NCBI RefSeq assembly: GCF_000009045.1
Contig: NC_000964.3
Span: forward strand, 2,790,001-2,822,000
Direction of reading: 5' to 3'
DNA length: 32,000 nt
From: Bacillus subtilis subsp. subtilis str. 168
Lineage (GTDB): Bacteria > Bacillota > Bacilli > Bacillales > Bacillaceae
Below, one piece after another: positions 1-8,173 of the stretch (position 1 is the first letter of the stretch; the number at the start of each line of letters is the position of its first letter). The notes under the pieces were generated by a model, which saw only the letters and a list, made by a program, of their open reading frames with translations, did not search any database and was not told the DNA's origin. The translations under genes and the position numbers were made by a program.

Positions 1-1440
1 CGTTTCCCCTTTGAGCTTCTGATCTTTAAACGTAACGAGCGTTGTGCCGTTCTTATACTCAATTTGTTCGGCAATTTTCACCTGCCGTTTTTCTCCGCCG
101 CGGGCGATTGTCGCCATCATATTGGCTACCTCCAGCGGCGTTACCTTTACATTTTTCTGCCCGATTGCTGTTTGCGCAATGGCTTTTTTGACTGATTTGT
201 CTTTTTCATCCCCCCAAATCACGCCGCTTTTTTCGTTATACAGCTGGCGGAAATCGGTTTCGTGGTACAGTTTTCCCTCCCAGCCTGCCCGATCAGTGAG
301 AGCCAGCTTCTCGGACATATCTTCAATAACCGAGCTGTCTTTTTTCATTAATTGTTCTGCAAGACTCGTAAATGTGTAATTACAGCTTTGGGCAAAACTT
401 TCATCAAAAGACAAGGTGCCTTTGTCGTCCCCCGGTTCCCCGTACAGGTTTAAATTGCAATTAAAGGTTTGACTAGGCTTCACCATATTATTTTCGATTG
501 CAGCTGCGGCAATGACTGTTTTAAAAACTGATCCGGGATAGATTGGCGTCAGCATATAATTTTGAAGTGTGTTTTGCCGGGACACGTCTGCATCTGGTTT
601 GCTTACAATTCCCAGAACACTGCTATTTTCGATGTCCAGCAGCACAGCTCCTCCCTTTTTCAGCCCCTGTTCATCCAATACCTCCTCCATCGCTTTTTGA
701 ATGCTTTGATCGATCGTTGTTTTGATCTGGAGCGGATAAAATGTATTGGCTTCAGCTGTATATTTGACGTCCATGCCAAACAAAGGGTTTCCTTTTCCGT
801 CCACATGATATAAAAGCTTTGTGTCTTGTTCCGGAAGCAAAAACTCGTCAAATGTCCGTTCTAAACCGGTTGTTCCGATTTCTGTTGTAATCGGAAGGCT
901 CTCCTTGTCAGGATATTTCTTGCGAAGCAGCGCCGGATCTTGGTTCGTGCTCCCTATCGTATGTGAAGCAAGGCTGGGCTTGTCTTCATTCTCCATATAT
1001 ACGCCGTAAATGCCGGGATATTTCAAAGAATTGATTTTTGTGATAGATTGTTTTGAAAGTGTTTTGATTTTCTTTTGCTGCAAAATGACCGGTTTTTTTG
1101 CCTGACCTAGTGTCTGGCGCAAATCATCTTCAGACATGCCGAGGATGTCCGCAACTTTTTTGATCGGCCAATCCTGCGTCAGCAGAAAAGGGAACAAAAC
1201 AACCGCAGGCTCGCTTTGTCCTGTCAGCGCCCGCCCGTTTCGATCTAAAAAAGAGCCTCTTCCATCTGAAATGAGCACTTCCTCCGTCCGCTGTTTCACA
1301 CTTTCTTGAATCAAATTAATTTTCTTTTTAGAAAATGATTCTGTGAAAAACAGCTGGATTTCTGCAAGTCTCAGCAGAAGCAGAAAAAATACAATCAAAA
1401 AAGCGATGACTGCCAGCTTCATTCGTTTCGATATCTTCAT
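1..1440 (-). CDS. pbpI: Class B penicillin-binding protein PBP4b, partial (C-terminal ~100 aa lie beyond the window start)
   Basis: Absent from the ORF track because it has no stop in the window. ATG at 1440 follows SD GGTGAGGTG (complement of 1449-1457). My translation reads [32 protein letters not shown]..., an N-terminal TM anchor. I translated 1261-1440 and the first 120 nt; the frame stays open there and ends exactly at position 1 (480 codons). It contains the transpeptidase SxxK motif (GSVFKT). Confidence 0.85.
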
Positions 1441-1477
1441 AAAAAAACACCTCACCCACATTGTGGACGAGGTGTTT
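1441..1477 (-). terminator. greA intrinsic terminator; its 3' arm contains the pbpI SD
   Basis: RNA AAACACCUC-GUCCACAAUGUGGGU-GAGGUGUUU followed by UUUUUUU. The stem is 9 bp with inner CCA/UGG pairs. It lies 17 nt after the greA stop. Confidence 0.8.
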
Positions 1478-1493
1478 CGCTGCTAAACAGATA

Positions 1494-1967
1494 TTATGAA
1501 ATTTTCACAATTTTCACGAGCATTTCTCCGCCCGGTGTTTGTACTGTGACTTCTTCATCTACTTTTTTGCCCAAGAGGCTTTTTGCGATCGGTGAATCGT
1601 TTGAGATTTTCCCTTCAAACGGGTCAGCTTCCGCGCTTCCGACGATCGTATATGATTCTTCATCACCGTCAGGCAGTTCGACGAAAGTGACGGTTTTACC
1701 CAAACCGACAACGTTAGAGCCGCCGTCATCTTCAATGATTTTCGCATTGCGAATCATATTTTCAAGAGTCGTCACGCGGCCCTCTACAAATGCCTGCTCT
1801 TCTTTCGCTGAATCGTATTCAGAGTTCTCGGAAAGGTCTCCGAAGCTTCTCGCAATTTTGATTCGCTCTACTACTTCTTTTCGTTTAACCGTTTTCAAAT
1901 ATTCTAATTCTTGTTCAAGTTTTTGTTTTCCTTCTGCAGTCATAGGAAAAACTTTCTCTTGTGCCAT
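1494..1967 (-). CDS. greA: Transcription elongation/cleavage factor GreA (157 aa)
   Basis: ORF-track protein [25 protein letters not shown]... shows the typical GreA coiled-coil plus FKBP-like C-terminal domain. SD AAGGAG lies 9 nt upstream of the ATG. Confidence 0.97.
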   Translation of the reverse strand: MAQEKVFPMTAEGKQKLEQELEYLKTVKRKEVVERIKIARSFGDLSENSEYDSAKEEQAFVEGRVTTLENMIRNAKIIEDDGGSNVVGLGKTVTFVELPDGDEESYTIVGSAEADPFEGKISNDSPIAKSLLGKKVDEEVTVQTPGGEMLVKIVKIS

Positions 1968-2090
1968 GTCCCTTCACTCCTTCTGGTTGTCCCTCAACAT
2001 CTTCGATTATGTATGAGAGCATAAACTAAAAAATACAAGAATGAGAACACAGGGCAGTCCTCGTTCTTCTCTCCCATATAGGTACTGTTT

Positions 2091-2119
2091 ATCTTAAACT
2101 GAATCGTGTCGTTCTGCAA
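2091..2119 (-). promoter_or_regulatory. Candidate sigma-A promoter of greA (TTGCAG-17 nt-TAAGAT)
   Basis: -35 is the complement of 2114-2119, -10 is the complement of 2091-2096, and the spacer is exactly 17 nt. This predicts a leader of ~120 nt. Confidence 0.45.
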
Positions 2120-2131
2120 ATATTTCGCGTT

Positions 2132-2169
2132 TATAAACAGGGAAAGAAGGGAATTCGCACATTCCCTTC
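2132..2169 (-). terminator. udk operon terminator
   Basis: Stem GAAGGGAAU/AUUCCCUUC (9 bp; 2146-2154 and 2161-2169), 6-nt loop, then an interrupted U-tract UUUCCCUGUUUAU. Confidence 0.6.
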
Positions 2170-2217
2170 CTGCCTATACATAATATGGTCAGAGTTATTT
2201 ATGTCTATGCTATGGTA

Positions 2218-2853
2218 TTACAAAATCGCGTTTTGTTCAAGAATGGTTTGAATTTTTGTGACCATCAGATCAATTGCGACGTGATTCTGACCGCCTTCCG
2301 GGATAATAATATCAGCGTATCGTTTCGTCGGCTCGACGAATTGGTTATGCATCGGACGGACCACTGACACATATTGTTCAATGACAGAATCAATAGAGCG
2401 TCCGCGCTCATTAATATCTCTCATAATCCGTCTGATGATACGCAAGTCAGCGTCCGTATCAACATAAAGCTTGATATCCATCAGATCACGAAGCCTTTTG
2501 TCTTCAAGAACAAGAATGCCTTCAAGGATAATAACATCCTTTGGCTCTACGTGAACCGTTTCTTCTGAACGTGTGTGAAGCTTATAGTCATAAATCGGCT
2601 TTTCAATCGGGCGGTAATTCAATAGATCTTGAATATGCTCGATTAAATAGTCATTATCAAACGCAAGCGGATGATCATAGTTTGTGTTCAGCCTTTCTTC
2701 AAACGGAAGATGGCTTTGGTCTTTATAATAAAGGTCCTGCTGGATCATTAAAATTGAGTGTCCTTTAAACTGTTCATAAATGGACCGTGTGACACTCGTT
2801 TTTCCTGAACCGGAACCTCCTGCGATTCCAATGACTACTGGATTCTTACCCAT
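2218..2853 (-). CDS. udk: Uridine kinase (211 aa)
   Basis: P-loop [12 protein letters not shown] near the N-terminus and overall Udk-like sequence. The start lies 6 nt after the yrrO stop, suggesting translational coupling. Confidence 0.95.
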   Translation of the reverse strand: MGKNPVVIGIAGGSGSGKTSVTRSIYEQFKGHSILMIQQDLYYKDQSHLPFEERLNTNYDHPLAFDNDYLIEHIQDLLNYRPIEKPIYDYKLHTRSEETVHVEPKDVIILEGILVLEDKRLRDLMDIKLYVDTDADLRIIRRIMRDINERGRSIDSVIEQYVSVVRPMHNQFVEPTKRYADIIIPEGGQNHVAIDLMVTKIQTILEQNAIL

Positions 2854-2859
2854 GGGCTG

Positions 2860-4128
2860 TTACTTCCCCTTTCTCATCATGTTGCTCGGATAAATCTTTT
2901 TGTCTAGTTTGAATTTGACAATTTGCAGGGGATGGCGGGCAGCATCTAGCTCATTTCCGTCTTCGTCCCAAATGGTTTCAATCGTATGTGTAAAGTTTTC
3001 GATTTCTGGACCGAAAAATTCCACTTCGTCGCCTTTTTTGAAGAAATTGCGCTGCTGAAGCGTGACCATTTGTGTATCTTCATCATAATTCAGCACTAAG
3101 CCGACAAAATCATATGTCGTTTTCTTGGCGTGTTCGCCGAACATTTGCTCTTCATAGCCTGGCGTTCCTTCAAAGAAAGCTGTCGCAGTGTCCCTGTTGG
3201 CGCACTTATCAAGCTCTTCAAGCCATTCTTTTTGAATCACAAAGTTTTCTGGATCAGCGCAATAAGCATCGATTACTTTGCGGTATACGCTGACAACAGT
3301 TGCTACATAGTGAATGGATTTCATGCGGCCTTCAATCTTTAAGCTGTCGATCCCCATTTCAATCATTTTTGGAATGGATTCAATCAGCTTCAAATCTTTC
3401 GGGCTCATCGCAAATGGTGCATCTTCTTCACCATACAAAGCAACGGCGTTGGCACCGTCTGTTTGGTAGAGATCATAATCCCAGCGGCATGACTGGCAGC
3501 AGCCTCCGCGGTTGGAATCCCGCGCTGTCATGTGATTGCTCAGCACGCAGCGGCCGGAATATGCAATACACATTGCGCCATGAATGAAGGATTCGATTTC
3601 GATATCTACCTTTTCTTTCATTTCTCTGATTTCAAGAGCGCTAGTTTCACGTGCCAGCACGACGCGGTCGAGACCTTCTTCCTTCCAGAACTGGACAGCC
3701 TTCCAGTTTGAAAGAGACTGCTGTGTGCTCAAGTGAACCTCAACATTCGGCGCCACTCTGCGGCATGTTTCAATAATAAGCGGATCTGCCACAATAATAC
3801 CGGCAACGTTGGCGTCTCCAAGCGCTTTTAAATAGTCTTCAAGCCCGTCCATGTTTTCATTATGAGCGAAAATATTCGTTGTTACGTAGATCTTCGCGCC
3901 ATATTTCTTTGCGAATTCAACGCCTTCTGCAATTTCTTCGATCGTAAAGTTATCGGCATTCGAGCGAAGCCCGTATTCCTGTCCCCCGATAAAGACCGCG
4001 TCCGCTCCGTAATGAACAGCGATTTTCAGCTTTTCAAGATTACCCGCAGGTGCGAGAAGCTCCGGCTTTTTCGTAATCACACGCTTTCCATTAACGATTG
4101 TGGATATTTTATCATTTACGGCAGTCAT
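2860..4128 (-). CDS. yrrO: Peptidase U32 family protein YrrO (422 aa); tRNA U34 hydroxylation factor (TrhP2 in recent literature)
   Basis: U32 signature ESFIHGAMCIAYSGRCVLS followed by GGCCQSCRW (five Cys at residues 187-214). SD AAGGAGG lies upstream of the ATG at 4128. Confidence 0.9.
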   Translation of the reverse strand: MTAVNDKISTIVNGKRVITKKPELLAPAGNLEKLKIAVHYGADAVFIGGQEYGLRSNADNFTIEEIAEGVEFAKKYGAKIYVTTNIFAHNENMDGLEDYLKALGDANVAGIIVADPLIIETCRRVAPNVEVHLSTQQSLSNWKAVQFWKEEGLDRVVLARETSALEIREMKEKVDIEIESFIHGAMCIAYSGRCVLSNHMTARDSNRGGCCQSCRWDYDLYQTDGANAVALYGEEDAPFAMSPKDLKLIESIPKMIEMGIDSLKIEGRMKSIHYVATVVSVYRKVIDAYCADPENFVIQKEWLEELDKCANRDTATAFFEGTPGYEEQMFGEHAKKTTYDFVGLVLNYDEDTQMVTLQQRNFFKKGDEVEFFGPEIENFTHTIETIWDEDGNELDAARHPLQIVKFKLDKKIYPSNMMRKGK

Positions 4129-4146
4129 AGCTTAACCTCCTTTTGA

Positions 4147-5076
4147 TTAATAAACCGTTTCCTTGAAGAAGAATCCGGTATCAATTTTTCTGTTTACTGG
4201 CTGGATGCTTTCAATGCGTTCGATCCAGTCTTCTTTTTTCGCTTCGTATTCGTCACGGTTTTCCACGCACAAATCAATTGCTTCTCTGTACATTTTGGTG
4301 ACTTCTATTAGGTATTCAGGCATTTTCAAAACACCATCGATTTTGAAAGAATCAATTCCGGCATCTATCAATTCCTCGAGCTCATCAATGATGCACACAT
4401 CGTTCGGGCTCATGATGTGAGTGCCGTTTTCATCTTCGAAAATCGGATATTTATTATCGCGTTCTTTATCGTGTAAAAACATGCCTGATTCTTTTTTCTT
4501 TCTTTCAATGTCCATGACTTTGCCCTGATATTCAAAATAGTTTCCAATCAAAGAACGCTTCGATTGGAACATGCACGTCATTCCATGCACCTGGATTTCA
4601 ATTTCGACTTCAGCATTTTCTTTAATCTCAACAATGCTGTCCATGTTTAATTCTCTGGCAAGCACAGAACGCGCCGCACCCTTGCGTCCCCAGTAGTTGC
4701 ATGTATAATAGTTGGTGCCTGTCGTTTCTGTGCTCCAATGAAGCTTCAGATCAGGCGCAGATTCACGGGCAGCCATCAGCACGGCAGGATCGCCGAATAC
4801 CGCTGCATCGACACCGGCTTCTGCTAAGAAAGCCAGATATTCGCCAAGCTCACCCACTTTATCATTATGGAAAATTGCATTTACAGCAACGTATACTTTT
4901 GCCCCTTCTTTGTGAGCAATCTCTACGGCTTTTGTTACATCTTCACGAGAAAATTCTCCGGCTAATCTCAAGCCGTATCTCTGTTCCCCAACTAAAAACG
5001 CAGTTGCCCCAGCCTGTATGAGCGGCAAAATGTCCGCTGTACTCGTCGGCGTCACTAAGAGCTCTGGTTTTTTCAT
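4147..5076 (-). CDS. yrrN: Peptidase U32 family protein YrrN (309 aa); paralog of YrrO (TrhP1)
   Basis: The ORF-track start (5085) is a GTG inside the SD GAGGTG. The ATG at 5076 lies 6 nt after GAGGTG and gives MKKPELLVTP.... The U32-like core EIQVHGMTCMFQSKRS is degenerate. Confidence 0.88.
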   Translation of the reverse strand: MKKPELLVTPTSTADILPLIQAGATAFLVGEQRYGLRLAGEFSREDVTKAVEIAHKEGAKVYVAVNAIFHNDKVGELGEYLAFLAEAGVDAAVFGDPAVLMAARESAPDLKLHWSTETTGTNYYTCNYWGRKGAARSVLARELNMDSIVEIKENAEVEIEIQVHGMTCMFQSKRSLIGNYFEYQGKVMDIERKKKESGMFLHDKERDNKYPIFEDENGTHIMSPNDVCIIDELEELIDAGIDSFKIDGVLKMPEYLIEVTKMYREAIDLCVENRDEYEAKKEDWIERIESIQPVNRKIDTGFFFKETVY

Positions 5077-5081
5077 GACGT

Positions 5082-5753
<672 letters not shown>

Positions 5754-5755
5754 CT

Positions 5756-5791
5756 AAAAAGGAGTGCCCCAGTCTTATGCGCAGGACACTC
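5756..5791 (-). terminator. Terminator-like hairpin inside the yrrM operon leader (candidate attenuator)
   Basis: RNA GAGUGUCC-(14 nt loop)-GGGCACUC is an 8-bp stem with one G.U pair. It is followed by C-UUUUU-AG, and the yrrM SD GGGAGG begins 5 nt after that. Confidence 0.45.
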
Positions 5792-5830
5792 TCTGAATAC
5801 ATCATGATACATCGGTAAACAACCCGATAT

Positions 5831-5839
5831 ATTTTATCA
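5831..5839 (-). promoter_or_regulatory. Candidate extended -10 promoter (TGATAAAAT) for the yrrM-yrrN-yrrO-udk operon
   Basis: The complement of 5831-5839 reads TGaTAAAAT (TGn plus -10). There is no good -35. It lies downstream of the mltG terminator. Confidence 0.4.
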
Positions 5840-5861
5840 TAAAACCTTGCGGAAAGCGAAC

Positions 5862-5888
5862 AAAAGGAGAGCTTTTTGCTCTCCTTTT
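5862..5888 (-). terminator. mltG terminator
   Basis: The stem AAAAGGAGAGC/GCUCUCCUUUU has a 5-nt loop and starts at the mltG stop codon. The downstream U-tract is weak (UUGUUCGCUUU). Confidence 0.6.
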
Positions 5889-6969
5889 ATTTCTCATTTT
5901 TTGAGGAAATGTATTTTTCTTTTGCTTTATTATGCTCTTTTAGCGTTTTTGTAAATACGACCTCACCATTTGATTTGGCCAAGAAATACAGATAGTCCGT
6001 TTTATCCGGATGCAGCGCTGCTTCCCATGATGACATGCCGGCATTGGCAATCGGCCCTGGCGTCAGCCCTGTGTTTTTATACGTATTGTATGGTGAATCG
6101 ATTTCCAGATCCTTATAAAGAACCCGATCTTTATGCTTGCCTGCCGCGTACAGGACGGTCGGATCTGTTTGGAGCGGCATTTTCTTTTTCAGGCGGTTAT
6201 AAAAGACGCTCGCAATTTTATGGCGGTCGGCTTTTTCAGTCGCTTCTTCTTCTATCAAAGAAGCCATTGTCAGCAGCTTATGCACAGAAACTTTGTTTTT
6301 CTTCATTTCTGATTTATATGTTTCCACATAAGAATTTGTCTGCTTAATCATTGCCTTGATAATGTCTTCAAGTGATGTGTCCGGATCGTTAAAAGGGTAT
6401 GTAGCCGGGAATAGGTACCCTTCAAGCGGGTGCTTAATGTTTTTATTGAAAACATCATTTGTCACAGTGTCCGGGAATTCTTTCTTCAGCTGATTGATAA
6501 ATGTTTCATCGTCCAGCTTCGCTATGACTTGTTTTTTAGAGTATTTTGTTTCATCAGCAATAGCAGCCGCGATTTGGGTCAGCTGTGCTCCCTCAGTCAC
6601 TGTGATTTGAAAAGCGTAACCTGTAGCCCCGCTTGTCAGCTTCTGAATAATGGCATCTAAATCCATACCTTTATTCAGATGGTAGAATCCGGCCTGAAAC
6701 CCGGAAGCACCTTTATATTTCACATAGTACTGAAACGCCTTCTCGCTTTTTATGACATCATTTTTCTTTAATATCGATGCGATGGCTGAAACAGACGAAC
6801 CGCTCGGAATGTTAATATTAACTGTCGTTTTACTGTCTTTTTCAACAGGTTCAAGCAATGATTTCCCATATAAAAATGCCCCGCCAATGATGAGAAACAG
6901 CACAACAATGGAAGACAGTATGATTCTTTTTTTATTAAAAAACGATTTTTTTTGCTGATTGATATACAT
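5887..6969 (-). CDS. mltG: Endolytic murein transglycosylase MltG/YrrL (YceG-like, 360 aa)
   Basis: N-terminal TM segment IILSSIVVLFLIIGGAFL followed by a YceG domain. The true start is judged to be the ATG at 6969, 5 nt after GGAGGAG; the track start at 6984 lies upstream of the SD. Confidence 0.9.
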   Translation of the reverse strand: MYINQQKKSFFNKKRIILSSIVVLFLIIGGAFLYGKSLLEPVEKDSKTTVNINIPSGSSVSAIASILKKNDVIKSEKAFQYYVKYKGASGFQAGFYHLNKGMDLDAIIQKLTSGATGYAFQITVTEGAQLTQIAAAIADETKYSKKQVIAKLDDETFINQLKKEFPDTVTNDVFNKNIKHPLEGYLFPATYPFNDPDTSLEDIIKAMIKQTNSYVETYKSEMKKNKVSVHKLLTMASLIEEEATEKADRHKIASVFYNRLKKKMPLQTDPTVLYAAGKHKDRVLYKDLEIDSPYNTYKNTGLTPGPIANAGMSSWEAALHPDKTDYLYFLAKSNGEVVFTKTLKEHNKAKEKYISSKNEK

Positions 6970-6992
6970 TAGGTCTCCTCCCATCAGCTCTT

Positions 6993-7021
6993 ATACTACA
7001 TGATTCATTGTATTTCGGCAA
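6993..7021 (-). promoter_or_regulatory. Candidate sigma-A promoter of mltG (TTGCCG-17 nt-TAGTAT)
   Basis: -35 is the complement of 7016-7021, -10 is the complement of 6993-6998, and the spacer is 17 nt. Confidence 0.35.
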
Positions 7022-7052
7022 TTTATTACAAAAAGAGGCCTGCATAAAGCAG

Positions 7053-7083
7053 AAAAAAGCCGGAGCAGTATAGCTCCGGCTTT
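7053..7083 (-). terminator. Terminator after yrzB (end of the alaS-yrzL-yrrK-yrzB unit)
   Basis: GCCGGAGC-uauacu-GCUCCGGC followed by UUUUUU; a strong canonical hairpin. Confidence 0.85.
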
Positions 7084-7099
7084 GGTTTGGCGCGATGTT

Positions 7100-7381
7100 T
7101 TACTCTTCGTCTTCGTCCGCTAAGAATGTGTTTAGTGTTTCTTCGATCATATCCCATTCTTCGTCAGTTTCAATCGGGAATAGCTCACCGTTTTCACCGT
7201 CTTCGTTTGGCGTGAAGCTGGAAGCAAGAATTTCTACTTCTTCGTCATCTTTTGATTCGATTGGATAGTACAAGACATAAGATTTGCCAAACTCTTCATT
7301 TTCAAATGTAAACAGCACTTCACAAAGCTGTTCATTTCCTTGATCGTCAACAATTGTAATATTTTTTTCGCCGTGTTCCAT
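7100..7381 (-). CDS. yrzB: UPF0473/DUF1292 acidic small protein YrzB (93 aa)
   Basis: [26 protein letters not shown]... is highly acidic. The ATG at 7381 lies 6 nt after GAGGTG, and the track start at 7390 is the GTG of that SD. Confidence 0.88.
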   Translation of the reverse strand: MEHGEKNITIVDDQGNEQLCEVLFTFENEEFGKSYVLYYPIESKDDEEVEILASSFTPNEDGENGELFPIETDEEWDMIEETLNTFLADEDEE

Positions 7382-7398
7382 TTTCTTCACCTCTGGCT

Positions 7399-7815
7399 TT
7401 AATTTAAGCTGTCAAGATATCCTTGTAAAATCATAACAGCCGCCATTTTATCAATGACTTTTTTTCGTTTTTGCCTGCTGACGTCAGCTGCAATCAGCAT
7501 TTTTTCAGCCGCCATTGTGGTAAGACGCTCGTCCCACAGCACAACAGGAACATTGTACGTTGTTTCAAGCACTTTCGCAAATGTTTGGCTGGCTTCGCCT
7601 CTCGGGCCGACTGTTCCGTTCATGTTCTTAGGAAAGCCGAGCACGATTTTATCTATAGTATAGTCCTTTATCAGTTCAGATAAACGGGATAAACCATAAT
7701 CGCCTTCTGCTTCATTTATCTTTATGGTCTCAATGCCTTGAGCAGTCCAGCCCATTTCATCGCTCAGAGCTACACCGAGTGTTTTGGTTCCTAAATCGAG
7801 TCCTAATATTCTCAT
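7399..7815 (-). CDS. yrrK: YqgF/RuvX-family putative pre-16S rRNA nuclease (138 aa)
   Basis: N-terminus [19 protein letters not shown] is the typical YqgF RNase H-like motif. Confidence 0.93.
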   Translation of the reverse strand: MRILGLDLGTKTLGVALSDEMGWTAQGIETIKINEAEGDYGLSRLSELIKDYTIDKIVLGFPKNMNGTVGPRGEASQTFAKVLETTYNVPVVLWDERLTTMAAEKMLIAADVSRQKRKKVIDKMAAVMILQGYLDSLN

Positions 7816-7822
7816 TCTTTAT

Positions 7823-8089
7823 TTACGCCTCTTTATGCTGTTCTAAATAAGACTTTACCAATTCCTCGATTAATTCGTCTCTTTCAAGTTTGCGAATTAA
7901 ATTGCGAGCGTCACGATGCCTAGGAATATAAGCGGGATCACCTGACAGCAAGTATCCGACAATCTGGTTGATTGGATTGTAGCCCTTTTCCTGAAGCGCG
8001 TCATACACTGTAATCAGCACCTCATTTACGTTAGTCTCAGCAGAATCATCGGAGAAATTAAATTTCATCGTTTTATCAAACGAGCTCAC
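7823..8089 (-). CDS. yrzL: IreB/ReoM-family small protein YrzL (UPF0297, 88 aa)
   Basis: GTG at 8089 lies 7 nt after GAGGTG and gives [12 protein letters not shown]..., whereas the track start at 8122 has no SD. The conserved core is [23 protein letters not shown]. Confidence 0.85.
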   Translation of the reverse strand: MSSFDKTMKFNFSDDSAETNVNEVLITVYDALQEKGYNPINQIVGYLLSGDPAYIPRHRDARNLIRKLERDELIEELVKSYLEQHKEA

Positions 8090-8173
8090 CGTTTTGCACC
8101 TCTTTCCCAAATTCGCAGGCAAAGTTCAGCCTGGGGTCCTAATCTTACCATCATTCTACACTACATGGGCGAA

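Noticed and set aside
1546-2016. 156-aa plus-strand ORF covering all of greA in antisense
   Set aside because: It is a shadow ORF opposite a well-supported gene. It has no SD and low-complexity Ser/Phe-rich composition, with no recognisable domain.
1968-2096. Possible GraL-like attenuator and 27-aa uORF (MGEKNEDCPVFSFLYFLVYALIHNRRC) in the greA leader
   Set aside because: The only hairpin (AGAAC..AGG/CCU..GUUCU) is short and bulged, and its nearest U-run lies 9 nt away, so it is not a canonical terminator. The uORF has no SD.
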